A stretch of 64,000 nucleotides of DNA, from assembly GCA_026023565.1 (NCBI GenBank), contig JAPETS010000011.1:558001-622000 (forward strand), given 5' to 3'. This DNA comes from Cirrosporium novae-zelandiae (taxonomy: Eukaryota). The notes under the pieces were generated by a model that saw only the letters and a list, made by a program, of their open reading frames with translations, did not search any database and had not been told where the DNA came from. The position numbers and the translations under genes are program-made. This document shows, piece by piece, positions 49,440-62,911 of the stretch (positions are counted from its first letter, which is position 1; each line of letters opens with the position of its first letter).

Positions 49440-51369
49440 AAAGGTGTAAAGTATTTATTTCCAGCTCCCGGTTTGATGGCTAACTTGAGAAGCTTTTTGA
49501 AGTTGGGTCGAGGGGGTAAGAACAGGGCCGGGGACCATAGATTTATAAAAGGGTATGTGGCAGACGAATCTTCAAGTCCGAAAACCGGTAATATACTATT
49601 TCCCAGCAGGTCTTGCGCCGACTTTCCCTTAAAGGCTAAGGGCTAGGGGTGGAATGGGAAGCAATATTGTCCGGGGATGAATGAAGTTTCACGTTGGAAA
49701 ATGAGGATAATGAGGGTAACTTGTCCAATGTATTGGCCAGGTGACGGTGTTTGTGCTAAACCAATGAATGCACAGCGTTTATATCTCAAGGCGTCAAATG
49801 GTTTTGCTGAGAATGAAATATTTGCTGTATCACCTAGCCGATTGCCAACAAAGTGGGATTTTTAGGATCTTGCCTAATCATAAGGATCATCTCGCTACAT
49901 GTCCTTTTATAATAAAGAACTTGATGAAATTTCTAGTCGGATTGCGAAGCTCCTTGGTCGGATTCACAAGTGGACTGAGAGGCAAAAAGTATAGACTTAC
50001 TTTGAAGCTTACTTTGAAGACTGTCAAAGAGTTTGGGAATAGCATGATTTGGAAATCCAATATGTCTCGGGGCTAATGGTTAAATTGAACGATCATAAGC
50101 TGGGATTTGTGGGGGTAGACTTGGACATATTTAAAGGTTTTCATAGAAGTCGAAGAGACGCCGAATAGTGGAACACCAAGCCCCCTTTCCCAACAAGGCA
50201 GCTAGTATAATGTTTGTAGGTGCTACCATTATCCGCAAGCACACTTTCATTGATACTATGATAAAATAAGGTTCTTCTGATCTTTGCAGTTTCCTTTAGA
50301 ATGATATAAGCTTGTTGGTGGTTGAGACAAGACTCCACAAGAGACAGACGCAGTGGTCCACTCGTGACTAACAATCTAGGGGTGATGAATGGCACATACA
50401 TGCCCGAGGGATTTCTCGATCTTGACATCGGCTCCGTCTCACAGGGTTTTACGTTTGTGATGAAATTATTCGATTTAAGAAACCTTGTTCTTTCCCATGG
50501 TCATATTATCAGTTCTTGATGTCTCGGAGGCTACATGCTCATTTATAAAAGTAAAAAATGAGTTTTGATAACCGAGTTTGCTCGATCATTTGCTAAACAT
50601 CAGACTCAAGCGTAGAACAACAGTCACTTTCCTTTCGAACAGATTCCATCATCGTCAAAGCAGCAAGCTGCTTTCTGAGCCGTTTCTCCATACACGAAAA
50701 TATCTGTCTATCAACTAGACAGTCTTCTGAAGATAGAATAGAGCCAGATTATCATCAAGGATGAGAGGATAATTATTCATTTTGAAACATGGAGATGTAC
50801 ATTCATTTGCAGTGCTCAGCGCTGATTACTTTCTTGCTAACCAGACATACACACTTTGTGATTATATTCCGGCTAAGCCTAGATACCTTGCCTTGCCCCT
50901 CAACAATTCCTAACCTTAGCCCAACATTCTTGATATTCCCTATACTCTACGTTGTAACTCTTTAGAGCAGAGGCGTATTCAAATGTCCTTTCTCTTGATT
51001 AAAAGTATGCACTGATCATACCATGAAGAACCTTTATTCCACCGTTGATTTTAGTTTCAATCCCATTGTCCTGGGACTAGTTATCATTACTTCAAAACAA
51101 ATGGGCGGAATCGACTTGAACACCAGCCTCCAAGACCACAGCATGTAAGACTTTGGTAGAAACGACAAGAAATTTATCGGTCGGTCTCCATAATTTCAGG
51201 GACGTGAACAAACAACCAAGTAATGGCGCAGGCCTAACAAGATGACACCTGATCTTTGTTGTCGTAAAGGTATTGTTAGTATTAATTTCACTTCGGACCT
51301 AGTCACAAAATAAAGCAAATGGTACTGTACCATACATATATCCAATTATTCATCGCTAAACCATTCTTT

Positions 51370-51918
51370 TCAAAATATTTCCCGAAGCAGTGCTTTTAAA
51401 AACCCATCTGCTTTCGCACTGGCCTTGGGAAATACCTTGCCCGGTGTATTGGCTGTATAATCTCTCAGCTCTTGCTGGCTAGAAAACTTTCTGAGTTTTT
51501 TCCCGGTCCGCCTGCAGTCAACCAAGTCAACCAAATTGACATGTGTGGCTTTGAGTGCCTTGATTCTTGCCCAAGTTAGCTATAATGATGATATCAAGTC
51601 GAAACGAGAAGGAGAAGGGGGAGAAGAAGAAGGGAGAAGAAGAAGCAACCTGACCTTTTTGCACTGAGAGATGGTATCCGTTGGTTTCTTCACCCGCACA
51701 TCACGACAGAGTGACTGCCAATTCTGCAATTTCGAGGAATCTTCTCCGTACAAAGCCGTGAACTCTGATTGATAACAGGAAACCTTCATCCGCCGATAGA
51801 CCTTGGAATTTGGATTCCAGTTCTTCTGACGTGCTAAGCGTGCAAACTCCTTGGCGATAGGAGCTGAGGGATTGGGCTCGAAGTCCGGGAAGCGGTTGAA
51901 AAATTCATAATCCGACAT
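51370..51918 (-). CDS. Conserved small fungal hypothetical protein, 2 exons
   Basis: Exons 51918-51655 and 51558-51370 join in frame: FFNRFPDF.PNPSAPIAKEFARLA...WQSLCRDV...CKKALKATHVNLVDLVD...GKVFPKASAK...LKALLREIF*. Confidence 0.75.
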
Positions 51919-53535
51919 GGTTAGATTGGGTATTCTCAACTCAGTTAAGCCGTCCAATTTTTTTGCACGAGGTCATCGTTCAGCTATAGATGGAGTTTTT
52001 TATGTCTAGGGGAGGGAGGGAGATTCCATCGTTCAGCACTTTCCTATATAAATTAACGAAGTACAGGGCTATTCTAATAAATGTTATCGCAATGCGATGC
52101 ACTAGCTGCATAACTTGGCAAGTCAGGGGTTAGGGGGCTACGTGTAAGAAGATGGACTGGATATATTAATTCTTGGAATTTGAAGATTGGTTATTCAAGA
52201 GTTTACTCTTGTGTGGCAAATCTGCGCGTATCGCTGTTCAGAGCTTGGCGCCAATTGCGCCGGACAAATTAATTAAGATCCGTTGTTGTGTAACGTCGGA
52301 AAAGTTCCATCAAATCGATTTGTAATAAATTCATCTCTATGAGAAGTATTTATCTACCATCCACACACATTATCTTTATGTCGTCATTTTTTTAAAGCTG
52401 CTGCTAGGTGTGTTGTGTGTGTACGCTTGTTCAGATGACCATTAACCGAACCGCGCATCCGCATCCACATCGACACACCAATAGATTTACAAAAAAACCA
52501 CTACATATCCGATCACTTACACGCTTCCTACTGTACATGTATATATAACAATTATGTGTTGTCCGTTATGGAATTTTATTGCAATGCTTGCTTGCTGTAC
52601 GTCATCTAAAAATCTGGCACCCTAAAGGGGCAATAGTTCTCAAGGACTCAACTACCAACTACTGTAGGTTTTCTGTCATGCAGAACAGAGTTGGCTGATC
52701 GGAGGTTAGTCGTCATAGGTTGAATTATTACCATCTCGTTGGACACCTTTTGCGTAATATTATGACCCTCTTAAGATCTTGACATTTGGCAAAGATTTTC
52801 ACATCCATGACCCTATCGAAGAAGACGAAAACAAACCAAATTTCTTGATCCCTTTTTGAATGAATCCCACTAATTTCATGACCTGGTGGTGATGATGATA
52901 TTCACACCTTGAATGTAGTCTTTTCTCGAATCCTTTTAGCCAACGAAGGGCATTTTTCCTTCTTTCTTTAACCAAGGTTTATCACCAATTTCTACTTCCT
53001 TGTTTGTTTGTTTGTTTGTATCATTTCTTTTTCACTATCATGGGCATGGGGGGAGAAATAATTTCATACATTTTGATAAGCTGTATCCATCACACGAAGT
53101 TTCGCGTCAAAAAAAAGAACTAAACACATAAGTTTCATTTCCCTTCGAAAGGTCTTCTGGACTGATATATTGACGGAGGTACACTCACTTTCGTCACGGG
53201 AGCTCTCATTCTTAGACGAGTAGCTCGCTTAGGACCAAACCAAGGGTGATTCTGGGATATCAATAGAATTGTCCAAAAAAGGGTAAAAATTTATAGGTAG
53301 GATCCTCCCATCTCTTCCTTATTAGTATGAATATGCTTTTGTATCCTTCACGAATATGGACTAATAGAATAGAACTACATATTCAATTTAATCTTGACTC
53401 CATCATTATTATTATCATCAGGATGATGACACAGACAATAACCTTGCGTTGTACATGTACATGTACCAGTGATGGAGTAGTGAGTGCTTCTTCTTCCTAA
53501 GAAAACCTACAGTACTGAAAGACTTTGATAATGCT

Positions 53536-53612
53536 CAGGGAATGGAATAGACTGACCAGACCGACCAAACCCCTTGATCTAGTCAGTTTAGTCTGATCTA
53601 TTCCCTTCCCTG
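53536..53612. mobile_element. 77-bp MITE, same family as 10327-10380
   Basis: Ends cagggaatggaatagac / gatctattcccttccctg with an internal gaccagaccg motif. No TSD recognisable. Confidence 0.65.
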
Positions 53613-55051
53613 GTTCTTCCTAGAGAAACCTTACTGAAAGAACCTTTTGATAAATATCTAGCGTGTTTAGTTTTATATACGTTTCAATGTTCGATGTTTA
53701 ATTTTCTAGGTCATAGATAATCTAATCAAAAAGAAAAAGTAATTGTAAAAGAAACAAGTATCGGGTAACCGTTAGGGACCTGGCTGGCTAAGGCTAGAAG
53801 TACTAGAAACTGCAAAGTTGGACAGAAACAAAGGCACAGAGCAATTGTCTGCTGAGTTATATACTGCACCATACTCAATATAACATGCAATACTAGGTTA
53901 CTCAGTAACCCAGTCATCTTTGAAGAACTCAATATTTTTAATGATTGGTAAAGCTTTAGTATAACAGTAACTACAACTACAAACTAAAAGAGGAAGAGAA
54001 AGGGTAAAAGAAATTTATTTGTACAGTCCTATATATAACTACCTAGGTATCTATATATTCTATAACCTACTGTAAACGAGTTCCAAGTTCGAACAATTCA
54101 ATTCAATTTTTTTGATTTTTTTTTAGTTAGCTTTAGATTTAAAAACAGAAAAAAAAAAGGGATCTTGATAATAACAATAAATCTCCTAGACTAGTAGCCA
54201 CCAACGAATGGCTTATCGCTAATAAAAACATTACATAAAGGGTTATAATAATAACAGATCAGATTTATTATTTTCAAGCAGAGTCACAGGTAGATTATCA
54301 ACTTCTTTCTTTTGCTGAATCATATTGAGCCTTAGGATCCCTTGTCATTTGGTCAATCAATCAGACCCCTTTATATTAAATGTGCCTATGAGCGATAGGT
54401 CATTGGTGGATACCTTAGTGAGATGATGATGTAGATATAGATGTAGATGTAGATGTAGATGTGCTGTAGAGGGTTGGAGGATTAGGTTAGGTATTCTTTA
54501 GGATTTTTGGGATTTGCGATGATAAAGGTGAAGATATAGATAATATAGTCGTGGTAGTCCAAATTGTTTTCCACCTTCCACCTTTCCAACCCCTTAACAA
54601 ACACCCTCAACCTTTCCCCTCCTTCTTTTCCTTCTTTTCCTTCTTTTCCTTTCCCATCAATTTTCACCAGCACCACTCTACTACACCCCACACCAACTCG
54701 TACCCCACCCTAGCTTTCTTCTTAACCAGATACGACAGGCACGACAAGTTAAAGGGCTTAAGAGTTAAGAGTTAAGAGTGGTTTCGTGGCATATATATAA
54801 AAGATATAAATTCTGGAGGGGGGGGGATATTTGGGTATTGAATAGGGAAGGGATATGGAAGGGATATGGAAGGGATAGGTACTGTACGGAGTATATGGCA
54901 ATGTAATGGAAGTGAGAAGTGGAAATAAATTTCTAGGCGTCGGTTCGATGTTTATGTATGTTGTGCTTATAAGTTCTAGTTCCCAATAACCAATCCCCCC
55001 CTATTCACAGTTATCTATACAAACAAATACACTTAACTAGTAATAATCCTG

Positions 55052-55388
55052 CAGTATTATGAATAAACTGTCAGGGTTATAAACCGGTCATGTGTCACCC
55101 ACTATTTACCTAGCGATCCCACACATAGAATCCACAAGTTTGTCCCATCTGCTCCAATATAAACCAGTCCAGACCGACCCCCTGTCCCTAACCTTTCAAC
55201 ACCATAAGAATATATTTCTTTATTCCTCCCCCCCCCCCCTCTTCAATCTAATAATTCATATTTTATATATAAAACCAAAATAAGAATCTTGGATTGAATT
55301 GGATTGGATTGGATCATTAAGGTCCAATTCAGCCTAGGTTTATCTAAAAACTTGGTCTGATCGGTCTGGTTTATTTACAACAACACTG
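55052..55388. mobile_element. Degenerate CAGTGTTG-family hAT MITE containing a nested solo-LTR-like element
   Basis: Left end cagtattatgaataaac (transition-mutated), right end tttacaacaacactg, and ccagaccgacc / ggtctgatcggtctgg motifs. Confidence 0.65.
55069..55159. mobile_element. 91-bp solo-LTR-like element, 5-bp TSD TAAAC
   Basis: Near-identical to 44872-44966. TAAAC at 55064-55068 and 55160-55164. Confidence 0.78.
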
Positions 55389-56177
55389 CAACACTAATAT
55401 CGTCTCAAGTTAATTCAAGAACTTTTTTTTTTAAAAAAAAAAGCAGAGAGAGAGAGAGAGAGATAAAGATAAAAAAAAAAAGGAGGAGGGAGGGGGAGGA
55501 CACAGAACAAAAACGATTTTAATTTATTTCGAATCAAATTATAAAATCCGAAATGGGAGGGATTATGAGTTGATTTTGAATCCAATAAACCAAATCCAGA
55601 TTTTATAGAAGGGGGTTATTAATAACGGAGCCTCCCTCTTACAAGTAGAGCTATGTATATTACGCCAGAAGAAGCCAAAAGAGGCCAAACCGTAAAGGGG
55701 AGTTAAGTAGTAAATATAAATAAATAAATACACTAAAAGAATAATAGATAGATAAAAAAATGGAATTATATGTTTTTTTTTTATTGCTAGTGAATGTATT
55801 ACTGTATCTCCCCTGCTTGCTTGCTTGCTAGTTTATGGGGTTTGGAAAGAGGAATTTTAAATCCTCAAGGGAGTATATATGTATATATATATTATCTCCT
55901 AAACTGGTGTGTCAGATGGTACATGTACTACGCTAACAAACGAAAAGAAATAACGCTGAAAGGCTTATTATTAATCCAATAATAAAATCTTGAGGCTCCA
56001 GTATGATATTCAGCAAAAACAAAAAAATTGATACCTGTGACTCTGCCCCCTGAACAAAAAAAATAGTTATCTGACCTATTTATTATAATCCTTTACATGA
56101 CACCCCTCTACCTACAAGCGTACAACCATCCGACACCAGTTTAAGAGTTGGTAGAAATATCAAATGGGATGTATTAG

Positions 56178-58204
56178 TTATCTTGAGGTAGCAAGGGGGC
56201 GATATTCCAAGGAAAGAAAATGTGTCTTTCGGTGGATATATAGTTTTTTGGGCCAGGTGGTGGTGGGGAGTTTCATGATGCTTTCTATGTCGGCTGAAAG
56301 GTCTTCTAGGTTGACTATAGGGGCACTTGAGACGGTATCTGCGGGCTGTTCGTTGTGGTGTAGATATCTAAAGGTGATGCAGTATGGTTGGGGGGAAGCT
56401 GGAGCTTGATTGTGATTGGGTGGATGTGTATCGTGATGGGGCGGCTTGTCGTCGTGCATGCTGCCATCGTAGGAGAGTGTGAGATGGATCCGTTCTGTTA
56501 TTACCTCGAAGGATTCTTCGGGCGTGGATAGCTTTGTGCATATTTGATCGCCTCGCTTGAGGAAAACGGATCTTGGGGTTGGTGGGCTTTCAGGTTCTAT
56601 CGTGCTAGGGGGGGATGGGGATGCTTCCTTTGCTGTATCGGATTCTGCATTGTTGGGTATGGCATTCTTGGTCTCAACATCTTGGGTTGTATGAACGATG
56701 GGTGCTGATCCATGTTCTGAAGAAACGATTGTGTTATGAGATCGATTCGAGAGAGACCAAATTGTAGAGGCGAAGATGGCACTTTCGTATGGTTGCGGGT
56801 AAGGTTTACTATCAGATTGTAGCTGGCACAAGAGTTTCTCCTCGATCACTGCATTGAACCGATGTAGGATAGAACTGATATGCCCTGAGGAATTTTGAAA
56901 ACGTTCCAGGTCCTTTGGCAGTGCCCACTTTTCGTATAGCCTACCATGGCTACTGGGTATGATAAATTTCCCGTGCAACCTGAAGAATAAATTGCAAAGG
57001 AAACAGGCCATTTTGCTTGAGCAAATCACCCTTGGTAGTATGTTAGAGGCGTTGAGCTCATAATGGAACAGAAGTTGTATCTCCGCATGAATAGGATAAG
57101 CTAATGATGCTCTGGTACAGATATCTTCCGCAATTTCTGCCTCTTGTGAATTACTTTTAAAACTAGAATGTTTCTTTTTAAGATTAGGGCAATTCCATAT
57201 TTTGGTGATAATGCTCTCGGCGAATGGATGAAGTTCTTTAAGAGGAAGACCAGGTGCAGTAAACTTAATCACTGATATTTCAACTTTGAGAAAAATAGTA
57301 AGCCTCTTTGCGGCCTGAAGAAGAAATTCGCTTGTTGTAGCATAACAGGAGAGCTTCGAGACAGTTGTTGCTAGATGTTTCCTTGGGCTAGGGTCCAGAT
57401 TAGATGACATTTCTAAAACCTGATCCAGAACGTGACTGTCGTTGGACAATTTACAAATATTTATGATATCCACCAGTATTTTCAAGCCCGTATCAGATTG
57501 AACATCACGGATGTTCATAGCCTCTAGTTCAGAAAAGAGTGCTTCGAGCTTGCCCATCTCGACCTTCAAGGTCATGACTTTTGTGTGAAAGGCACCTGTT
57601 TCAGGGGTTGTTGCAATACCATTGACTAGCATTGATAGCTTTGGTACGAGCTTCGGCCGCATTTTCTTCATTTTTTTGAAGTTGCATTTGAGTATTGCAT
57701 GGTTAGATCTCAAGCGAATGAGGATTCGATTGCGGTTCAAAGTTATAACTTGATTGAGAAAGGCTATCCGATCTATATCGGTTAATTCCTGACCTAGGGT
57801 TACTTTTATTAGCTACGATCCCTTCTCGCCTGCTAAGGGGCCTCACTCATTGCTACCCTTTCTAGGATGGTTGCCATGTTCCGAAACCTATTCTGAACGT
57901 GCTCCAGATCGCCATGGTTCGCTGCCATTCGGACAATTAGATGTTTTCCATCATTACCTTCTTCAAGACATAAAGCAAGAACTTTCTTGGGGTCATCCGT
58001 GCTTGATGCCAGAAACGTGAGAGCTTGGGCAAGCTCTTTTTCGCGCCGAGGGCTTAATGTGCGGGTTAATTTACCATCTTCTTTCGAAGGATGGTTCAAA
58101 GACCGTTCTGAGGGTTTATCTGGCGTGTTGTTTAATAAATGAAGAAGGATTATTTTTTGCATCAAATGAACGCCATCAATATCTTGCCTAAATAACGAAG
58201 GCAT
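56178..58204 (-). CDS. OTT_1508-like nucleic acid/nucleotide deaminase, 2 exons
   Basis: IHAEIQLLFHYE...RVICSSKMACFLC...SHGRLYEKWALP. The N-terminal exon (REKELAQALTFLA...VLALCLEE...RMAAN) is typical of the fungal family. Confidence 0.82.
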
Positions 58205-59413
58205 TTTTTAGTGACTCCAGACTTGCTGGTTTGTTCCCTTTATCCATCTTTCAGTTTCTTAAATATTAAATCAAAGGTCGAAGGCGGACACGTAAAAGAC
58301 AGGTTTGTGCTACAATCAAACGCATGCAAAGGAGTGATCGGAAAGCTAGAAGCAGCAGAAGCCAATGGCCATCGGACTCGATAGCCTAGGAGCATGGCAA
58401 TGTGCATGAGGTTGATAAAACTGGAAACACACCGTAGATTGAAAGTTGTAGTTCTTTGCTCTTGTTAATCGATCCCGTGTCATGATTATTTTGATGGGTA
58501 CTGTAATGCCTTTAGAAGTAGGCATCCTAGTCTAATTCCTCAGCTGTCCGCCTAGCAAAACACAACGACGAGGGGAAGAGTAAATAAACCTACTATACCC
58601 TGTAATGAATTATCAGTTACCCTTGTTCGAATGCTAAACCAATCAATCCTATCAACAACAGCCATGATAACCACACATAACTATAGCTTAATCCAATTCA
58701 ATCCTTGAAAAAAATCCCTTAATAATATAACAGAATATAATATCATAACTTGATAAGGGAGATAAGAGGATAGTATAGGAAGTAAACTTAAATGAAAAAA
58801 GAAGTTAAGTTCAATAGTAAGAGTAAGAGTAAGGATAAATGTCCTCTCCTCTTCCTCCTCTCTATCTATCTCCTTCAACTCTTTTTTTACTCTCGATTAC
58901 CTCTCTTTCCTTTCCTTCTTCTTTTTTGATTATATATAGCCAATGAATGGAATCGATAGATAAATAGAAAAATATTTTGGAAGAGACTATTTATATTTGT
59001 TAGAGGGGTAGCATGGGATGGTATGGGGGAATGAAATGGATGGTTGGTTGGTTGGGCGAGGGGGGTATGGGAATTATGGTTGGGAGGTTGGGAGTTGGGA
59101 GGGAAGCGAAGCGTTGTGGTGGATACTCAAAGGGGGGGGGCAAAGTCGTACAAGAAAAGAGTGGCATGGAAATTTTAACTAGAAAAATATAAATTCGTTC
59201 TATTTTATTTTGATTAATGACCTCTCTCAATCGTAATCATGTCATTACCGATACCCTATACAGTTCCTACCTAAGTATAAGCCTTATCTTTTTTAAACGA
59301 ATGTATCCAAGTTACAAATTACCTCCCCGGTTCATTTTTATTGATTCCCAGTTTTCATTCCACGCAGAAATGCAAATATTGAATTTGTTTTGGTGGTTGT
59401 CTTGACCAACGAA

Positions 59414-62330
59414 TTACAATAGCTTTGCGGAAAGCGGGAGTTTCCTCGATGAACTACCCACGTACACTGTCTTGGTATAGTTGGAAATGACCCAGTTCTG
59501 TGAGTAGGTGTCCCAGTTGGACAGATCACGGCGAGTTAATTCTACGATGAATTGTGCTGTCGAGTTTGGTTGGATTGAAAGGCGCTCAAAGCCACGGAGA
59601 ACAACTGGTGGGTCATATGGGCCTCCAAGCGAGAGATACTATAGTAATGTCAGATATGTTTAATAATCATTCGGCTGAAGGACTCACCAGTTGCGCCACT
59701 TCTTCACCTACAATCTTGCCAGTGTTTATAATTGTAGCGGTGACCGTGTACAGGATATCATACAGCATTGGATTGCCACCCGGAGCACCACCCGCAGGCA
59801 AGTATGGCTGCGGTGATCCATCTTGAGCACCAGTGGGGACATATTTTGAAGTATCCTCACCATAGTCGGGATCCGCCGACGACTTTTCGGCATCAGTGCT
59901 ATTGAGGTATGGATATATGTATAAAGGAATGTGGGTCATGTTGTCTGGGAACAGATAGTCCGCGAGATCTGTGCTATAGTTGCCTAGAACAGGGGCCGCA
60001 GGGGTATATCCAGTGGTCGGGACATAAGACGACACATTGTGTTTAGTGATTCGAAGATCGGAGTAGCTGAAGGTCGTATAGCTAAGACCATATCCGAATT
60101 CATAGATGGGCGTGATATCCCTCTTGTCGAAAGATCTATAATCAATAAAAACTCCTTCGGTAAAGTCCAGTTGAGGAATGTCGCCATTAGGCACATATAA
60201 AACATCAGTTCCATATTCCTTTCGGTTTGCTCCGACGGTAAAAGGGAGCTTGGCGCCAGGATTAACACTACCATAAAGGACATCAACGATGGAATTTCCG
60301 GATTGTTCGCCAGGGAGTCCAGCCCACAAGATAGCAGTGATATTATCGTTGTCATACCAAGCATCAACCAAGACTGGGCCCACCGTGTGCATGACAACAA
60401 TGGTATTGTTGCAGTATGCAGAGACATTTTTGATCAATGCATCTCCATCATTCCAAAGGGTAAGGTTCTTGCGATCTCCTGCATTTCCATCCACATTTAT
60501 GTAACCTTCTCCGCTATCAGCATTGACAAACACGATAGCGACACTAGCTTGTGCAGCCACCGCTATGGCTTGATCGTAAGCGTAGTTGTCGAGGACGGAT
60601 TGATAAACGCCTCCATTAGAGAGCACCTGGTTTTGGATGGCGCTATCAGGGGTCACGAGATAGGGGAAGTTTGCAGTACCGCTACCCCATCCCATAGCCA
60701 AAGTACCATTGTCACATCCTCGGTCAGAGCATCCGTTTGGTCCATATAATGCTGGACCAGCATCATCTCCAAAGGCGGCAGTAAATTTCTCTTTACCCGT
60801 TAAAGGAAGAGCCCCATCATTCTTCAGAAGGACAGTGCTTGCAGATCCAATTTGACGAATCACATTAGCATGTTCCCCCCGAACGTCAACATGTTCATTA
60901 GCTAGAATGGTATTTATCCCGTCTATGTAATGCTGAGGAGCATAGGTATCGAGTGTCCAAGAAGTAAAGCTGATTGGGACTTGATGGACATCTCGACCGA
61001 CGTAATAGTACGCGGCCATGATACGAACAGCCATATCATCTATTCGCCACTCAGGAACAGTTCCATTGATAACAGCTATGGTTAGGTTTGTGCCCCAGAA
61101 GGAATACCCAGAGTCAAATAAAGTGTCTCCTGGCATTGTCATGTCCAGTCCAGCCAGGGCAGATCCAACACCAGAGTGCTGAGCTTGCCAGTCGCTCATG
61201 ACGAACCCTTGGAAACCAAGTTCATTCTTAAGCAGGTAATTAAGGAGGTAGCTGTTTGCACAGGAATAACTGTTATTTACCTGATTGTAGGAACACATGA
61301 CTGAACCTACACCAGCCCGGACAGCATCTGCAAAAGGCCTGCAGTTTGGTTATTATCAGTCTTTAAAGGATTCTTAAAATACGTACCATAAGTAAAGCTC
61401 ATGCAAAGTTTGATCATCAATGTTGGAGCTAACAGCTTCTTTGATGCCAGTGAAGCCATAGCCTTGAGCTTCTCCGACTTGACGAAAGTGTTCCTGTTCA
61501 TTGCCAATGTAGTGTTTGGCACAAGCGATGACGCCTGCTGATTGAATACCTTCAATTGTTTCGGCCATCATGATGCCGGTGAGAACTGGATCAGGGCTGA
61601 AGCCTTCCCAGTTTCGGCCGCCTTCCGGTTCCCTTCCGATGGGGCCTGCAACAGGCCCCAACTGAACATCGACACCTTTGTCACGATGCTCTTCTCCCAT
61701 TGCCACACCACGAGCACGAGCAAGCCCTCGATTCCATGTCGCAGCAACATTCACACCAGCTGGAAATCCGGAATTGTAGTCCGCTACAAGTCTATCAGTA
61801 AATTGCATTGGTAGCAAGCTCGCAAAATTGGTTTTCACTTACTGTCACGAACACCGAGAGGAGAATCTTGCATGCATAAGCTTCGGAACCCTAGTCTTGG
61901 AATTTCTCCATTTTGTCCAACGCATCTTTCCAACTCCCACCTAGACATTTATCAGCAAAAATATATTCTGTTTTATGTATATTATCATACCCAACTCCGG
62001 TCGTCAGATTAACCTTCTCCATGAGTGTAAGATTACTGACAAAAGCTTTCGCTCTCTCATAAGCAGCACTCCAGTCTCCAAGTCCCTCGCCCCATGGCGA
62101 AGGATATTTTGGCGGAGAAGTCTGGTTCGCTTTGGTACCGGCGATGGTCTCGGGGTTAGAAGAAACGGCGTCTGGGTAGGTAGAGATGTTGACACCCTGC
62201 AAGCCAGTTAGAATAAGCCAGTCAGTCTTATGAGGAGATGTGAATGACTGACAGATGGTGATCCAGTTGGCGACTGACCGTTCGTGAGGCCCGCGGCCAA
62301 CAGGGCAACGATTGAAAGTGTGAGCCTCAT
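59414..62330 (-). CDS. Secreted GH3 beta-glucosidase (BGL1/BglA type), multi-exon
   Basis: Signal peptide [14 protein letters not shown]. Motifs [36 protein letters not shown], nucleophile GFVMSDW and ADSGEGY, plus a C-terminal Fn3-like exon ending [14 protein letters not shown]. Confidence 0.95.
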
Positions 62331-62803
62331 GTTTAAGATCGTATGAAGGAATAGTGAGTGAACTGAGGAAAAAGCTGATCAAGCTTAAACGAAGGGTGTC
62401 CTGGGGGACATTTAAGAAGGATATTCTGCTGGAGCAGATACCATGTATGGAAACAACAGGATAAGAATACACGGCTCTCGGATCCTGTGAAAATCAATAA
62501 AGCGATAGAAGTTCCAAGAGATGGCTTGGATGTGGGGATTTTGGGTAAAGAAATTTAGAAATTGGACGGAAGATTTGTTTTGTAGCAATGCCCAGATAGG
62601 TACATTAGCTAGGAGCGCAACTAAACAGGGAATAGCATGCAAGGTTGGTAAGGTGGTCAAGGCAAGGCACGGATGAACAGAAGGGACGGGAAGGTAGAAG
62701 ATGCATGATGAGATGATCATGGCCGACAAGGAAACTGGTTATAATCAGAACATCTTACGAAAAATGGTTGTAGGTCAAAGGGGTTCTCTCGCACTTGGAC
62801 TGA

Positions 62804-62911
62804 TGTTAGTGGACATTTGTTAGTAGACATTTGTTAGTGGACATTTGTTCGAGACATTTGTTAGGGACATTTGCTAGGGACATTTGTTAAGGACATTTGT
62901 TAGTGACATTG
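62804..62911. repeat. 13-14-bp tandem repeat x ~8
   Basis: gacatttgttag(t/g)g units upstream of the GH3 gene. Confidence 0.9.

Noticed and set aside
59984..60749. Overlapping alternative ORFs within the GH3 gene
   Set aside because: They are shadow frames of a well-conserved gene.
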